Shown here: positions 25,696 through 33,628 of the stretch, piece by piece
Numbering within the stretch: the stretch's first letter is position 1
Layout of the letters: every line of letters begins with the position of its first letter
Origin: Minisyncoccota bacterium
GTDB lineage: Bacteria; Patescibacteriota; Minisyncoccia; Minisyncoccales; CG1-02-41-26
NCBI GenBank assembly: GCA_028718785.1
Contig: JAQULB010000002.1
Coordinates: 20,750-84,749 of the forward strand
Direction of reading: 5' to 3'
DNA: 64,000 nucleotides
Translations under genes and position numbers: made by a program
The notes under the pieces: model-generated
Databases searched by the model: none
What the model was told of the DNA's origin: nothing
What the model saw: the letters and a program-made list of their open reading frames with translations, nothing else

Positions 25696-27165
25696 ATGAC
25701 AGAAAAAAATAATAAAATTTATTTAACGACTCCTATCTACTATGTCAACTCAGTTGCTCATCTCGGGCATGCTTACACTACTTTAGCAATTGATGTTTTA
25801 ACTCGCTATTACCGGGAGCTGGGAAAAGACGTTTTCTTTTTAACTGGCACAGATGAGCATGGCGCTAAAATTTTTGAGGCCGCTCAAAAAGCAGGCAAAA
25901 CTCCTCAAGGGTTTTGTGATGAAGTTTCAAGTTTATTTAAAAAAGCGTGGGGAAATTTAAATATTGGCTACTCTTATTTTATAAGAACAACCGATAAAAA
26001 CCACGAGGAAAAGGTGGCTGAATTTCTAACTATATTAAAAGACAAGGGCTTTTTATACGAGGGAGAATATGCTGGCAAATATTGCGTGGGCTGTGAAAAG
26101 TTTGTGACAGAAAAAGATTTGGTTGATGGCAAATGCCCTGACCACAAATGCGAGCCCCAAGATGTGGCTGAGGAAAATTGGTTTTTTAAATTAAGGCAAT
26201 TGTTGCCAAAAATTCAAGAACTTATTGAAAGCGATAAAATATTAATAAGGCCAGAAAACGCCAAAAGCGAAGTTTTGGGCGTTATAAAACAAGGGATTGA
26301 CGATATTTCAATTTCTCGCAAAAATGTTTCTTGGGGAATAAAATTGCCTTGGGATGAAAGCCAAACAATTTATGTGTGGGTGGACGCTTTGCTTAATTAT
26401 TGGACTGTTTTGCAAAACTTTAATAAAACTGAATTTTGGCCAGCAGATTTGCATTTGGTGGGTAGAGATATTTTAAAGTTTCATTGTATTATGTGGCCAG
26501 CCCTATTGCTTGCTTATTATAAGGAGGGCGCTATTGACCAGTTGCCAAAACAGATTTTTTGCCACGGATATTTTACAATTGATGGGCAAAAAATGTCCAA
26601 AACAATTGGCAATGTAATTGATCCAAATAATTTAATAAAAAAATACGGGATTGACGCCACCAGATATTTGCTTTTAACCCAGTTTCCATTTGGCAATGAT
26701 GGAGATGTTTCGCTTGGTCGATTAGATGAAAAATATAATAGCGATTTAGCGAGCGGATTGGGAAACCTCACTGCAAGGGTGATCACTCTTGCGAGGAAAT
26801 CAAACATCAAAAATCAAACATCAAAAATAAAAATTAAAAGTCAAAAAGTAAAACAAGCTATCTTGGAGGCAAAAAATAAGCATAACTTTAGTTTGGCTTT
26901 GGAAAATTTAAAAATTGATGAAGCATTGGGGGCTGTTTGGGAGTTGATCGGGGCTTGTGATAAAATAATTGATACCGAAAAACCATGGGAGGTGACAGAT
27001 CAAAAATCAAAAATTAAAAATCAAAAGGTTATTGAAGATTTATTGTTGGCTTTGCAGGAAATCGCAGAGTTATTGAAGCCGTTTATGCCCCAAACCGCAG
27101 AGAAAATTACAGGGCAAATCAAAACCGGTAAAAGCGAACCGCTTTTCCCCCGCCTTAATTTTTAA
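25696..27165 (+). CDS. metG: methionyl-tRNA synthetase
   Basis: TPIYYVNSVAHLGHAYT (HIGH), KMSKTIGN (KMSKS) and Zn knuckle CVGCEKF...CPDH. Start set at the ATG (the track start is GTG at 25678). Confidence 0.9.
   Translation: MTEKNNKIYLTTPIYYVNSVAHLGHAYTTLAIDVLTRYYRELGKDVFFLTGTDEHGAKIFEAAQKAGKTPQGFCDEVSSLFKKAWGNLNIGYSYFIRTTDKNHEEKVAEFLTILKDKGFLYEGEYAGKYCVGCEKFVTEKDLVDGKCPDHKCEPQDVAEENWFFKLRQLLPKIQELIESDKILIRPENAKSEVLGVIKQGIDDISISRKNVSWGIKLPWDESQTIYVWVDALLNYWTVLQNFNKTEFWPADLHLVGRDILKFHCIMWPALLLAYYKEGAIDQLPKQIFCHGYFTIDGQKMSKTIGNVIDPNNLIKKYGIDATRYLLLTQFPFGNDGDVSLGRLDEKYNSDLASGLGNLTARVITLARKSNIKNQTSKIKIKSQKVKQAILEAKNKHNFSLALENLKIDEALGAVWELIGACDKIIDTEKPWEVTDQKSKIKNQKVIEDLLLALQEIAELLKPFMPQTAEKITGQIKTGKSEPLFPRLNF
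26800..26855. repeat. heptamer tandem repeat inside metG (tcaaaca/tcaaaaa...)
   Basis: About 8 units of 7 bp; encodes NIKNQTSKIKIKSQKVKQ. Confidence 0.8.
27000..27027. repeat. heptamer tandem repeat inside metG (tcaaaaa x2, ttaaaaa, tcaaaag)
   Basis: Encodes DQKSKIKNQK. Confidence 0.8.
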
Positions 27166-27169
27166 TTTT

Positions 27170-27949
27170 ATGTATATTGATACTCACGCGCATTTAGATG
27201 TGGAGCAATATGACAGCGATAGGGAGCAAGTGATTAAAAACGCCATAAAAAATGGCGTTGGTTTTATTGTTAACCCCAGTTTTGATCTACAAAGCGCCAA
27301 AAAAGCCATTGACTTAGCAAATAAATATGAAAATATTTTTGCTGGTGTTGGGTGCCATCCAAAAACAAGAGAAGAAAGCGGATATGTTTTTAATAAAAAA
27401 GATTATTTAAAAATTATTGGAAACAAAAAAGTGGTGGCTGTTGGGGAGTGTGGCTTGGAATTAGCAAGTTCTAAGATTCCAGAGGGGCAGAAACAAGAAT
27501 TATTAAAACACCAAAAAGAAATTTTTGTTGAGCAAATAAATTTGGCAAAAGAATTTAATTTGCCAATAATTGTGCATTGTCGTAATACCCATAAAGAGGT
27601 TATTGAAATTTTATCAAAAGAAAATAATTTACAAGGAGTTATCCATTGTTTTTCGGGCTCTTGGGGGGATGCTCAAAAATATTTAGAAATGGGGATTTAT
27701 ATTTCGTTTACTGGCATTATTACTTATGCAAACGACTACGATAAAGTGGTAAAAAATACGCCATTGGATAGAATTTTAATTGAAACTGATTGCCCGTATT
27801 TATCGCCTGTTCCGTTGAAGGGGCAAAGAAATGAGCCAGCCAATGTTAAATATGTAGCTCAAAGAATTGCAGAGATTAAGGGGGAGCCATTAGAAAGAGT
27901 TGCTGATATAACCACCCAAAACGCTAAAAAACTCTTTAATTTAAGTTGA
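27170..27949 (+). CDS. tatD: TatD-family metal-dependent hydrolase/DNase
   Basis: IDTHAHLD, GECGLE, HCR, ETDCPYL. Confidence 0.85.
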   Translation: MYIDTHAHLDVEQYDSDREQVIKNAIKNGVGFIVNPSFDLQSAKKAIDLANKYENIFAGVGCHPKTREESGYVFNKKDYLKIIGNKKVVAVGECGLELASSKIPEGQKQELLKHQKEIFVEQINLAKEFNLPIIVHCRNTHKEVIEILSKENNLQGVIHCFSGSWGDAQKYLEMGIYISFTGIITYANDYDKVVKNTPLDRILIETDCPYLSPVPLKGQRNEPANVKYVAQRIAEIKGEPLERVADITTQNAKKLFNLS

Positions 27950-27972
27950 TTTTGGCGTACAATATAACATTT

Positions 27973-30360
27973 ATGGCAGAACAAGAAAAAAAATACGAGC
28001 CAAATAAAATTGAGCCCAAGTGGCAGAAATATTGGGAGAAGGAAGGGTTAAACAGGGCAAAGGACTTTGACAAAAATCCCGCCCAAAGTGCTACGCATAA
28101 TGAGGCGGGCAGGCCAAAGTTTTATTGTTTGGATATGTTCCCATACCCCTCTGGCGCTGGATTGCATGTGGGCCATCCTAAGGGCTACACTGCCACTGAT
28201 ATTATTTCTCGCTATAAGAGAATGAATGGCTTTAATGTATTTCATCCAATTGGCTGGGACGCTTTTGGCTTACCAGCAGAAAACTATGCCATTAAAACCA
28301 AAGTCCACCCCAATGAAAGCACGCATAAAAATATAGCTCATTTCAAAGAGCAGATTAAGTCATTGGGGTTTTCTTATGATTGGGAAAGAGAAATAGACAC
28401 CTCGTCACCCGAGTATTACAAATGGACGCAATGGTTTTTTCTTTTTCTTTACAAAAATGGCTGGGCATACAAAGCAAAAGCAGCCGTTAATTGGTGCGAT
28501 TCCTGCCAAACAGTTTTAGCCAACGAGCAAGCGCAAGATGGAAAATGTGAAAGATGCTCTAGCAATGTTTTACAAAAAGATTTGGAGCAGTGGTTTTTTA
28601 AAATAACTGATTTTAGCGAGGAGTTATTAGCTGGCTTGGATAAGATTGATTGGCCAGAACCAATTAAAATAATGCAAAAAAATTGGATCGGCAAATCTGA
28701 AGGATATGAGATAGATTTTAACATAAAAAATAGTGTAACAAAGTTAGCCGATCGGCACAGTTTGTTACAGATTAGAGTTTTTACAACAAGGATAGATACA
28801 ATTTTTGGCTGTACTTATTTGGTAATAGCCCCTGAACACGAGATAGCCAAGAATCAAGAATTGGGAATTAAGAATTATGAAGAAGTAAAAGATTACGTTG
28901 AGACAGCGAAAAAGAAAAGCGAACGGGACAGGCAAGCTGATGTAAAAGATAAAACGGGCGTGAAGTTGGAAGGCGTTACGGCAATTAATCCAGCTAATGG
29001 AAAAGAAATTCCAATTTTTGTGGCTGATTATGTTTTATCAAGTTATGGCACGGGAGCAATAATGGCAGTTCCCGCTCAAGATGAAAGGGATTTTGAGTTT
29101 GCGAAAAAATTTAATTTGCCAATTGTTGAAGTTCCAAATTCTATGGAAATGGCAGAAAAAGGCATAGCAAAGAAAAAAATAAATTATAGATTAAGAGATT
29201 GGCTGGTTTCACGCCAGCGTTATTGGGGAGCTCCCATTCCCATTGTTTATTGCGAGAAATGCGGAGAGCAGGCAGTGCCAGAAAAAGATTTGCCGGTATT
29301 GCTGCCAACAGATGTTGATTTTATGCCAACAGGCGAATCGCCCTTGGTAAAATCAAAAGAATTCCATAAAGTTAAATGTCCAAAATGCGGCGGGCCAGCT
29401 AGGCGGGAAAGCGATACTATGGATACTTTTGTTTGTTCGTCTTGGTATTTTTTTCGCTATCTTGACCATAAAAATAAAAATGAATTTGCTGATAAAAAAT
29501 TAATTGATTATTGGCTACCAGTTGATTTGTATGTGGGCGGGGCGGAACATGCGGTTTTACATCTTTTATATGCTCGTTTTTTTGCTAAGGCGTTGAAAAG
29601 AATTAGCTTGATTGGCTTTGACGAACCATTTTTAAAGCTGAGAAATGTTGGTTTAATTCTGGCCGAAGGTGGAGTAAAAATGAGCAAATCAAAGGGCAAT
29701 GTTATAAACCCTGATGATATTGTTAAAGAATACGGCGCTGATACTTTAAGGATTTACGAAATGTTTATGGGGCCTTTTGACCAAGCTATTGCTTGGGATA
29801 CAAAAGGGGTTGGGGGGGCGAGAAGATTCTTAGACAGGATATATAAATTAAAAGAAAGAGTTTCTGCTAAGAGCAGTAATTTAGAGCTTGAAAAAGCAGT
29901 TAATAAAATAATTAAAAAAGTCGGGGAAGATATTGAACAGATGAAATTTAATACAGCCATTTCTTCGTTAATGATTTTGCTTAACGAAATGGAAGGGGAA
30001 GAAGAAATTTCGGGTGATATTTTTGAAAGGTTTTTATTGCTTTTAGCGCCTTTTGCCCCGCACATCGCTGAGGAGTTATATGAAGGATTCAAGATTCAAG
30101 ATTCAAGATTCAAGAATGGATCAATCTTTGAGCAAGAGTGGCCAAAGTACGATACCGCCTTACTAAAGGAGGAAAAAGTTAATATAGTGGTTCAAATAAG
30201 CGGCAAGGCAAGAGGAGTTGTGGAAGTTGAAACAGGTGCGAGCGAACAAGAGGTTTTAGATATAGTCAAAGCAGATTCAAAGATAAATAAATGGATAGAA
30301 GGGCAAAATATTAAAAAAGTCATTTTTATCCAAAATAAATTAATTAATCTAGTTTTATAG
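27973..30360 (+). CDS. leuS: leucyl-tRNA synthetase
   Basis: PYPSGAGLHVGHPKGY (HIGH), VKMSKSKGN (KMSKS), CP1 editing domain. Start placed at the ATG at 27973. Confidence 0.95.
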   Translation: MAEQEKKYEPNKIEPKWQKYWEKEGLNRAKDFDKNPAQSATHNEAGRPKFYCLDMFPYPSGAGLHVGHPKGYTATDIISRYKRMNGFNVFHPIGWDAFGLPAENYAIKTKVHPNESTHKNIAHFKEQIKSLGFSYDWEREIDTSSPEYYKWTQWFFLFLYKNGWAYKAKAAVNWCDSCQTVLANEQAQDGKCERCSSNVLQKDLEQWFFKITDFSEELLAGLDKIDWPEPIKIMQKNWIGKSEGYEIDFNIKNSVTKLADRHSLLQIRVFTTRIDTIFGCTYLVIAPEHEIAKNQELGIKNYEEVKDYVETAKKKSERDRQADVKDKTGVKLEGVTAINPANGKEIPIFVADYVLSSYGTGAIMAVPAQDERDFEFAKKFNLPIVEVPNSMEMAEKGIAKKKINYRLRDWLVSRQRYWGAPIPIVYCEKCGEQAVPEKDLPVLLPTDVDFMPTGESPLVKSKEFHKVKCPKCGGPARRESDTMDTFVCSSWYFFRYLDHKNKNEFADKKLIDYWLPVDLYVGGAEHAVLHLLYARFFAKALKRISLIGFDEPFLKLRNVGLILAEGGVKMSKSKGNVINPDDIVKEYGADTLRIYEMFMGPFDQAIAWDTKGVGGARRFLDRIYKLKERVSAKSSNLELEKAVNKIIKKVGEDIEQMKFNTAISSLMILLNEMEGEEEISGDIFERFLLLLAPFAPHIAEELYEGFKIQDSRFKNGSIFEQEWPKYDTALLKEEKVNIVVQISGKARGVVEVETGASEQEVLDIVKADSKINKWIEGQNIKKVIFIQNKLINLVL
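28078..28109. repeat. 32-nt CCCGCC-N20-GGCGGG element, copy 3 (in-frame in leuS)
   Basis: cccgcccaaagtgctacgcataatgaggcggg; encodes PAQSATHNEAG in the same codon phase as copies 1 and 2. Confidence 0.85.
28733..28770. repeat. GCCGATCGGC-core palindromic element (variant) in-frame in leuS
   Basis: gtgtaacaaagttagccgatcggcacagtttgttacag, with tgtaacaaa/tttgttaca arms. Encodes VTKLADRHSLLQ. Confidence 0.85.
30086..30113. repeat. heptamer tandem repeat inside leuS (gattcaa x4)
   Basis: Perfect 4x7 bp; encodes GFKIQDSRFKN. Confidence 0.9.
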
Positions 30361-30382
30361 TTTTTTGTTTTTGTTTCTAATC

Positions 30383-30424
30383 ATTAAAAATTGATTAAAA
30401 ATTAAAAATTAAAAATTAAAAATT
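30383..30424. repeat. heptamer tandem repeat (taaaaat-type) in the leuS-downstream spacer
   Basis: cattaaaaattgattaaaaattaaaaattaaaaattaaaaatt runs right up to the next ATG. Confidence 0.8.
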
Positions 30425-31186
30425 ATGGTGCATAAAGTTGTAATTGCAGCAGCCGGGCAGGGCACAAGAATGAAGGAGCTTTCAAAAGACAAGCCAAAGT
30501 CTTTGATTTGCGTTAAGCAAAGGCCATTTTTAGCTTTTTTGCTGGATAATTTAATTGAAGCGGGATACAAGGATTTTATGCTGGTGGTTGGCTTTCACGC
30601 TGAATTAATGGAAAGATTTGTTAAAGAATATTTGGATTTTTGTTCTCAAAAAGGCAAAACAGATGTGAAAATAGATTTGGTTAACCAGTTTGAAATTTTG
30701 GGACCAAAAGAAAAAGAATATGGCACTTTATGTCCAATGAAGTGCGTTAGGGATTTTGTTGGCAATGAAAACTTTCTTTCTATTTACGGAGACAATTTGT
30801 TTTCTGTTAGAGACCTGCAAGCAATGGGCATTGAAGATGAATACAACTATATTGGCGCTTCCACAACCGACCACCCAGAAAAATATGGAGTTTTAATAAC
30901 TGATGGAAATGGGAATTTAAAAGAAATTATTGAAAAGCCAAAAGAGTTTGTTGGCAACTTGGTTAATAAAGGAATTTATAAATTTACCCCGGAGGTTTTT
31001 GACGTGCTTCCTCAAGTTTGCATATCTCCGCGAGGAGAATACGAGCTAACTGACGCAGTTACTTTATTGGCAAAAGAAGGAAAAGTGAAGGTGAGAATGT
31101 TGCAGGATTACTGGCTGGATTTTGGCAACCCCGACGATATCGTCAAAGTAGAAAACTTTTTAAACGAACAAAAAATCTGCGAATAA
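30425..31186 (+). CDS. sugar-phosphate nucleotidyltransferase (NTP_transferase family)
   Basis: VIAAAGQGTRMKELSKDKPKSLI (GxGTRxxPxxxxxPK signature). Confidence 0.7.
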   Translation: MVHKVVIAAAGQGTRMKELSKDKPKSLICVKQRPFLAFLLDNLIEAGYKDFMLVVGFHAELMERFVKEYLDFCSQKGKTDVKIDLVNQFEILGPKEKEYGTLCPMKCVRDFVGNENFLSIYGDNLFSVRDLQAMGIEDEYNYIGASTTDHPEKYGVLITDGNGNLKEIIEKPKEFVGNLVNKGIYKFTPEVFDVLPQVCISPRGEYELTDAVTLLAKEGKVKVRMLQDYWLDFGNPDDIVKVENFLNEQKICE

Positions 31187-31199
31187 CCGCAGATTTTTT
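31171..31199 (+). terminator. intrinsic terminator overlapping the stop codon
   Basis: atctgcg-aataac-cgcagat followed by ttttt. Confidence 0.6.
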
Positions 31200-31361
31200 G
31201 TTTTGATATTAAAAACGTACATTGCAAAATTTTTCAATAAAAAAGAGAAGAGCCGTACCATTTTGAAAACGGTACGGCCTTGAGTGAGGGGGACGGTTCT
31301 TGTTCTGCCCAATGTCTCCAGAAGTGGAGAGAGAGATCAATTACCCGTTTAGAAGTTTGAC

Positions 31362-31598
31362 TTACCCTGTCACTCTCACCTTTGGAACATATTCCTGCTT
31401 TGGTTTCGCGAATGTTTCTTCAACTAGTTCGCGAACGATTAACTCTGTGAATTCCATGGTTTCCTCGAGAGAAATACCAATGGCCTTCGCTTCGTTTCCT
31501 ATTTCCCGTCTAATATCCGGAGTAAGGCGGACCCCTTTTTGGCGGAACAGTTGTTTAATTAACAACAAGGCAATTTCTTTTTTTCTTTCGTTGGTCAT
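31362..31598 (-). CDS. hypothetical 78-aa protein
   Basis: AGGAGG 5 nt before the ATG, a TTGACA-17-TATATA promoter upstream, and a terminator hairpin gccgtacc...ggtacggc downstream. Preferred over the antisense + ORF. Confidence 0.55.
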   Translation of the reverse strand: MTNERKKEIALLLIKQLFRQKGVRLTPDIRREIGNEAKAIGISLEETMEFTELIVRELVEETFAKPKQEYVPKVRVTG

Positions 31599-31674
31599 GA
31601 TAACCTCCTAAAAATGTACTGATACCACGAAACCTCCGTGGCTTGGATTCCCAATTTATTTCAGGAATGTTTTA

Positions 31675-31703
31675 TATATACTACGAAACGAAATGTTTGT
31701 CAA
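31675..31703 (-). promoter_or_regulatory. sigma70-like promoter TTGACA-17-TATATA (minus strand)
   Basis: Read from the reverse complement; drives the 78-aa gene. Confidence 0.55.
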
Positions 31704-31734
31704 GTCAAATAGTGCGTGATGCTTATAATTTTAG

Positions 31735-31818
31735 TGCCGGGGGAGGGACTTGAACCCTCAAGGGCTTGCGCCCACAGCATTTTGAGTGCTGCGTGTTTCC
31801 CAATTTCACCACCTCGGC
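31735..31818 (-). tRNA. tRNA-Leu (anticodon CAA)
   Basis: Minus strand: GCCGAGG acceptor stem (one A:C mismatch), anticodon stem cagca/tgctg with loop cuCAAaa, long variable arm gggcgcaagccc, T-arm gaggGTTCAAGtccctc. CCA is not encoded. Confidence 0.85.
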
Positions 31819-31855
31819 TTTATGGCTTTTAGTATTGCAAATTTTAAGGGGAAAT

Positions 31856-33628
31856 TCAAGAATTAATCCATTTCGCAGGGATTACCCGTTCAGGCCATTT
31901 TTGTTTTAATTCAGCCAAATTTGGGCAGGTTTCTTTGTGGATTGAGGCGCCTTCTCCTTGGGTAATAAAAGCTAAAATTGGCTCAGGTTGTTTTGGATGG
32001 CAACACATCGCTAATTTAAAAGCAATTCCTTGCTCTCCTCCAATTAAAATTTTTGGCGCTTTGATAAATCGCTCAGGGATAATTTTTTTAATAAGAGCAA
32101 CTTTTTCAGTAATCGCTGAAACAGCGGCTTGGGTTATTGATTGAGGGGCTTGGCCCAGGGATTGTTCTATAAATTTGCTGATTTTGTTTTTGGCTTTTTG
32201 AGTTTTAACAAAATGCAACCATTTTTCAGAGGGAGAGTGGTTTTTACTGGTTAAAATTTCCACATGGTCGTTGTTTTGAAGTTTATAATCCAAAGGAACC
32301 ATTTTTTGATTAACCAAAGCGCCTTCACAATGATCTCCAATATCTGAATGAACAGCATAAGCAAAATCAACCGGAGTAGAGTCCTTTGGAAGATTAATAA
32401 CATCGCCTTTTGGCGTGGAAACAAAAATTAAATCCTTAAATAAACCCTTTTTAATATCTTTTGAGAGCCCATCCATTGTGGCTGTTTCAGTTTTCCATTG
32501 CCGAATCTTGTCAAGCCAAAAAAATTGTTTGTATGCTTTTGAATTTATTTTTCCCTTATAGCCCAAATGAGCGGCAATGCCAAACTCGGCTTCTTGATGC
32601 ATCTGGATTGTTTTTATCTGGATTTCAAAGTTTTTGTCCTCTGGGCCAATAACGGTTGTGTGAATAGCCCGATAGCCATTTTTTTTGGGATTGCCAATAT
32701 AGTCCTTTGTTCGGTTTGGTAAGGGCTGGAAAAATTGATGCAAAAATCCTAAGGCCTTGTAGCAATCATCCGTGTTTTCAAGCACCACTCTCACAGCCAC
32801 CACATCAAAAATTTGGTTAAAGTCCATATCGTGTTTTAGCAGTTTTTGATAAAGAGAAAACAGGCCTTTTGCTCGAGAAAAAACCTCAACTTTTACTAAC
32901 CCTTTGTCTTGGAGAATTTTTTTAATTTTTGGTTTTATTTTTTCGGTGTAGGCCTTTATCTTTGCTCTATCGTCAGTAAAGTTTTTAATTAGCCAATCAT
33001 ATTCTTTTGGATAAAGAATGGGGAAAGCGGCGTCCTCAAACCTCATTTTTAAACTTTCCATACCAAGCGCGTAGCATAAAGGCGCCATAATTTCTAAAGC
33101 AATTATGGCCTGGTTTTTTTGTTTGTCTTTGTTGTAGTATTTAGTTAAACTTTCTATTTCATCTAAAGAGTCAGCTATTAAAACCAATATGGGCTGAACA
33201 TCTTTTGTTAAGGCAAAAAAGGACTTTCTGATATTTTCTGACTGTTCGTCAAAAAGAATTTTCTGCCAATCTTTAATTGATTTTACTTTTGGCTCTTTTA
33301 AAAAACCAAAAGAATCTTTTAACTTTTTTGTTAAAAATATAATTTCTTCAATTTCTTTTTGCTGACTTTCTTTTGTAATTGATGTTGGAAGGATGAGGTC
33401 TTTGAATTGATAAAGAATTCCAGCTAAAATTGTTTCTTTTGAAGAATTAATTTCACCTAATATTTCGCCCGTTCTGATGGCGTGGTTAAACAAAAAGGCC
33501 TTGTTTTGAGGGGATTTTTCATCCGTTAAAACAGGCCTAAAATTCGCTTCTTTGGCAAGCTTGATTATTTCTTCAAATAAATCTGGGGAGTTAAGTTTCC
33601 TTTTTAAGTTTTTTATTTTCTTTTGCAT
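31856..33628 (-). CDS. RelA/SpoT homolog, (p)ppGpp synthetase with TGS domain; hydrolase HD motif degenerate
   Basis: KDYIGNPKKNGYRAIHTTV...EIQIKTIQMHQEAEFGIAAHLGYKG (synthetase). TGS: IFVSTPKGDVINLPKDSTPVDFAY. The expected LHD is replaced by LYQ. Confidence 0.8.
   Translation of the reverse strand: MQKKIKNLKRKLNSPDLFEEIIKLAKEANFRPVLTDEKSPQNKAFLFNHAIRTGEILGEINSSKETILAGILYQFKDLILPTSITKESQQKEIEEIIFLTKKLKDSFGFLKEPKVKSIKDWQKILFDEQSENIRKSFFALTKDVQPILVLIADSLDEIESLTKYYNKDKQKNQAIIALEIMAPLCYALGMESLKMRFEDAAFPILYPKEYDWLIKNFTDDRAKIKAYTEKIKPKIKKILQDKGLVKVEVFSRAKGLFSLYQKLLKHDMDFNQIFDVVAVRVVLENTDDCYKALGFLHQFFQPLPNRTKDYIGNPKKNGYRAIHTTVIGPEDKNFEIQIKTIQMHQEAEFGIAAHLGYKGKINSKAYKQFFWLDKIRQWKTETATMDGLSKDIKKGLFKDLIFVSTPKGDVINLPKDSTPVDFAYAVHSDIGDHCEGALVNQKMVPLDYKLQNNDHVEILTSKNHSPSEKWLHFVKTQKAKNKISKFIEQSLGQAPQSITQAAVSAITEKVALIKKIIPERFIKAPKILIGGEQGIAFKLAMCCHPKQPEPILAFITQGEGASIHKETCPNLAELKQKWPERVIPAKWINS

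Noticed and set aside
31300-31611. 103-aa plus-strand ORF
   Set aside because: The opposite-strand 78-aa ORF has a consensus promoter, AGGAGG RBS and terminator. The plus ORF has none of these and is low-complexity.
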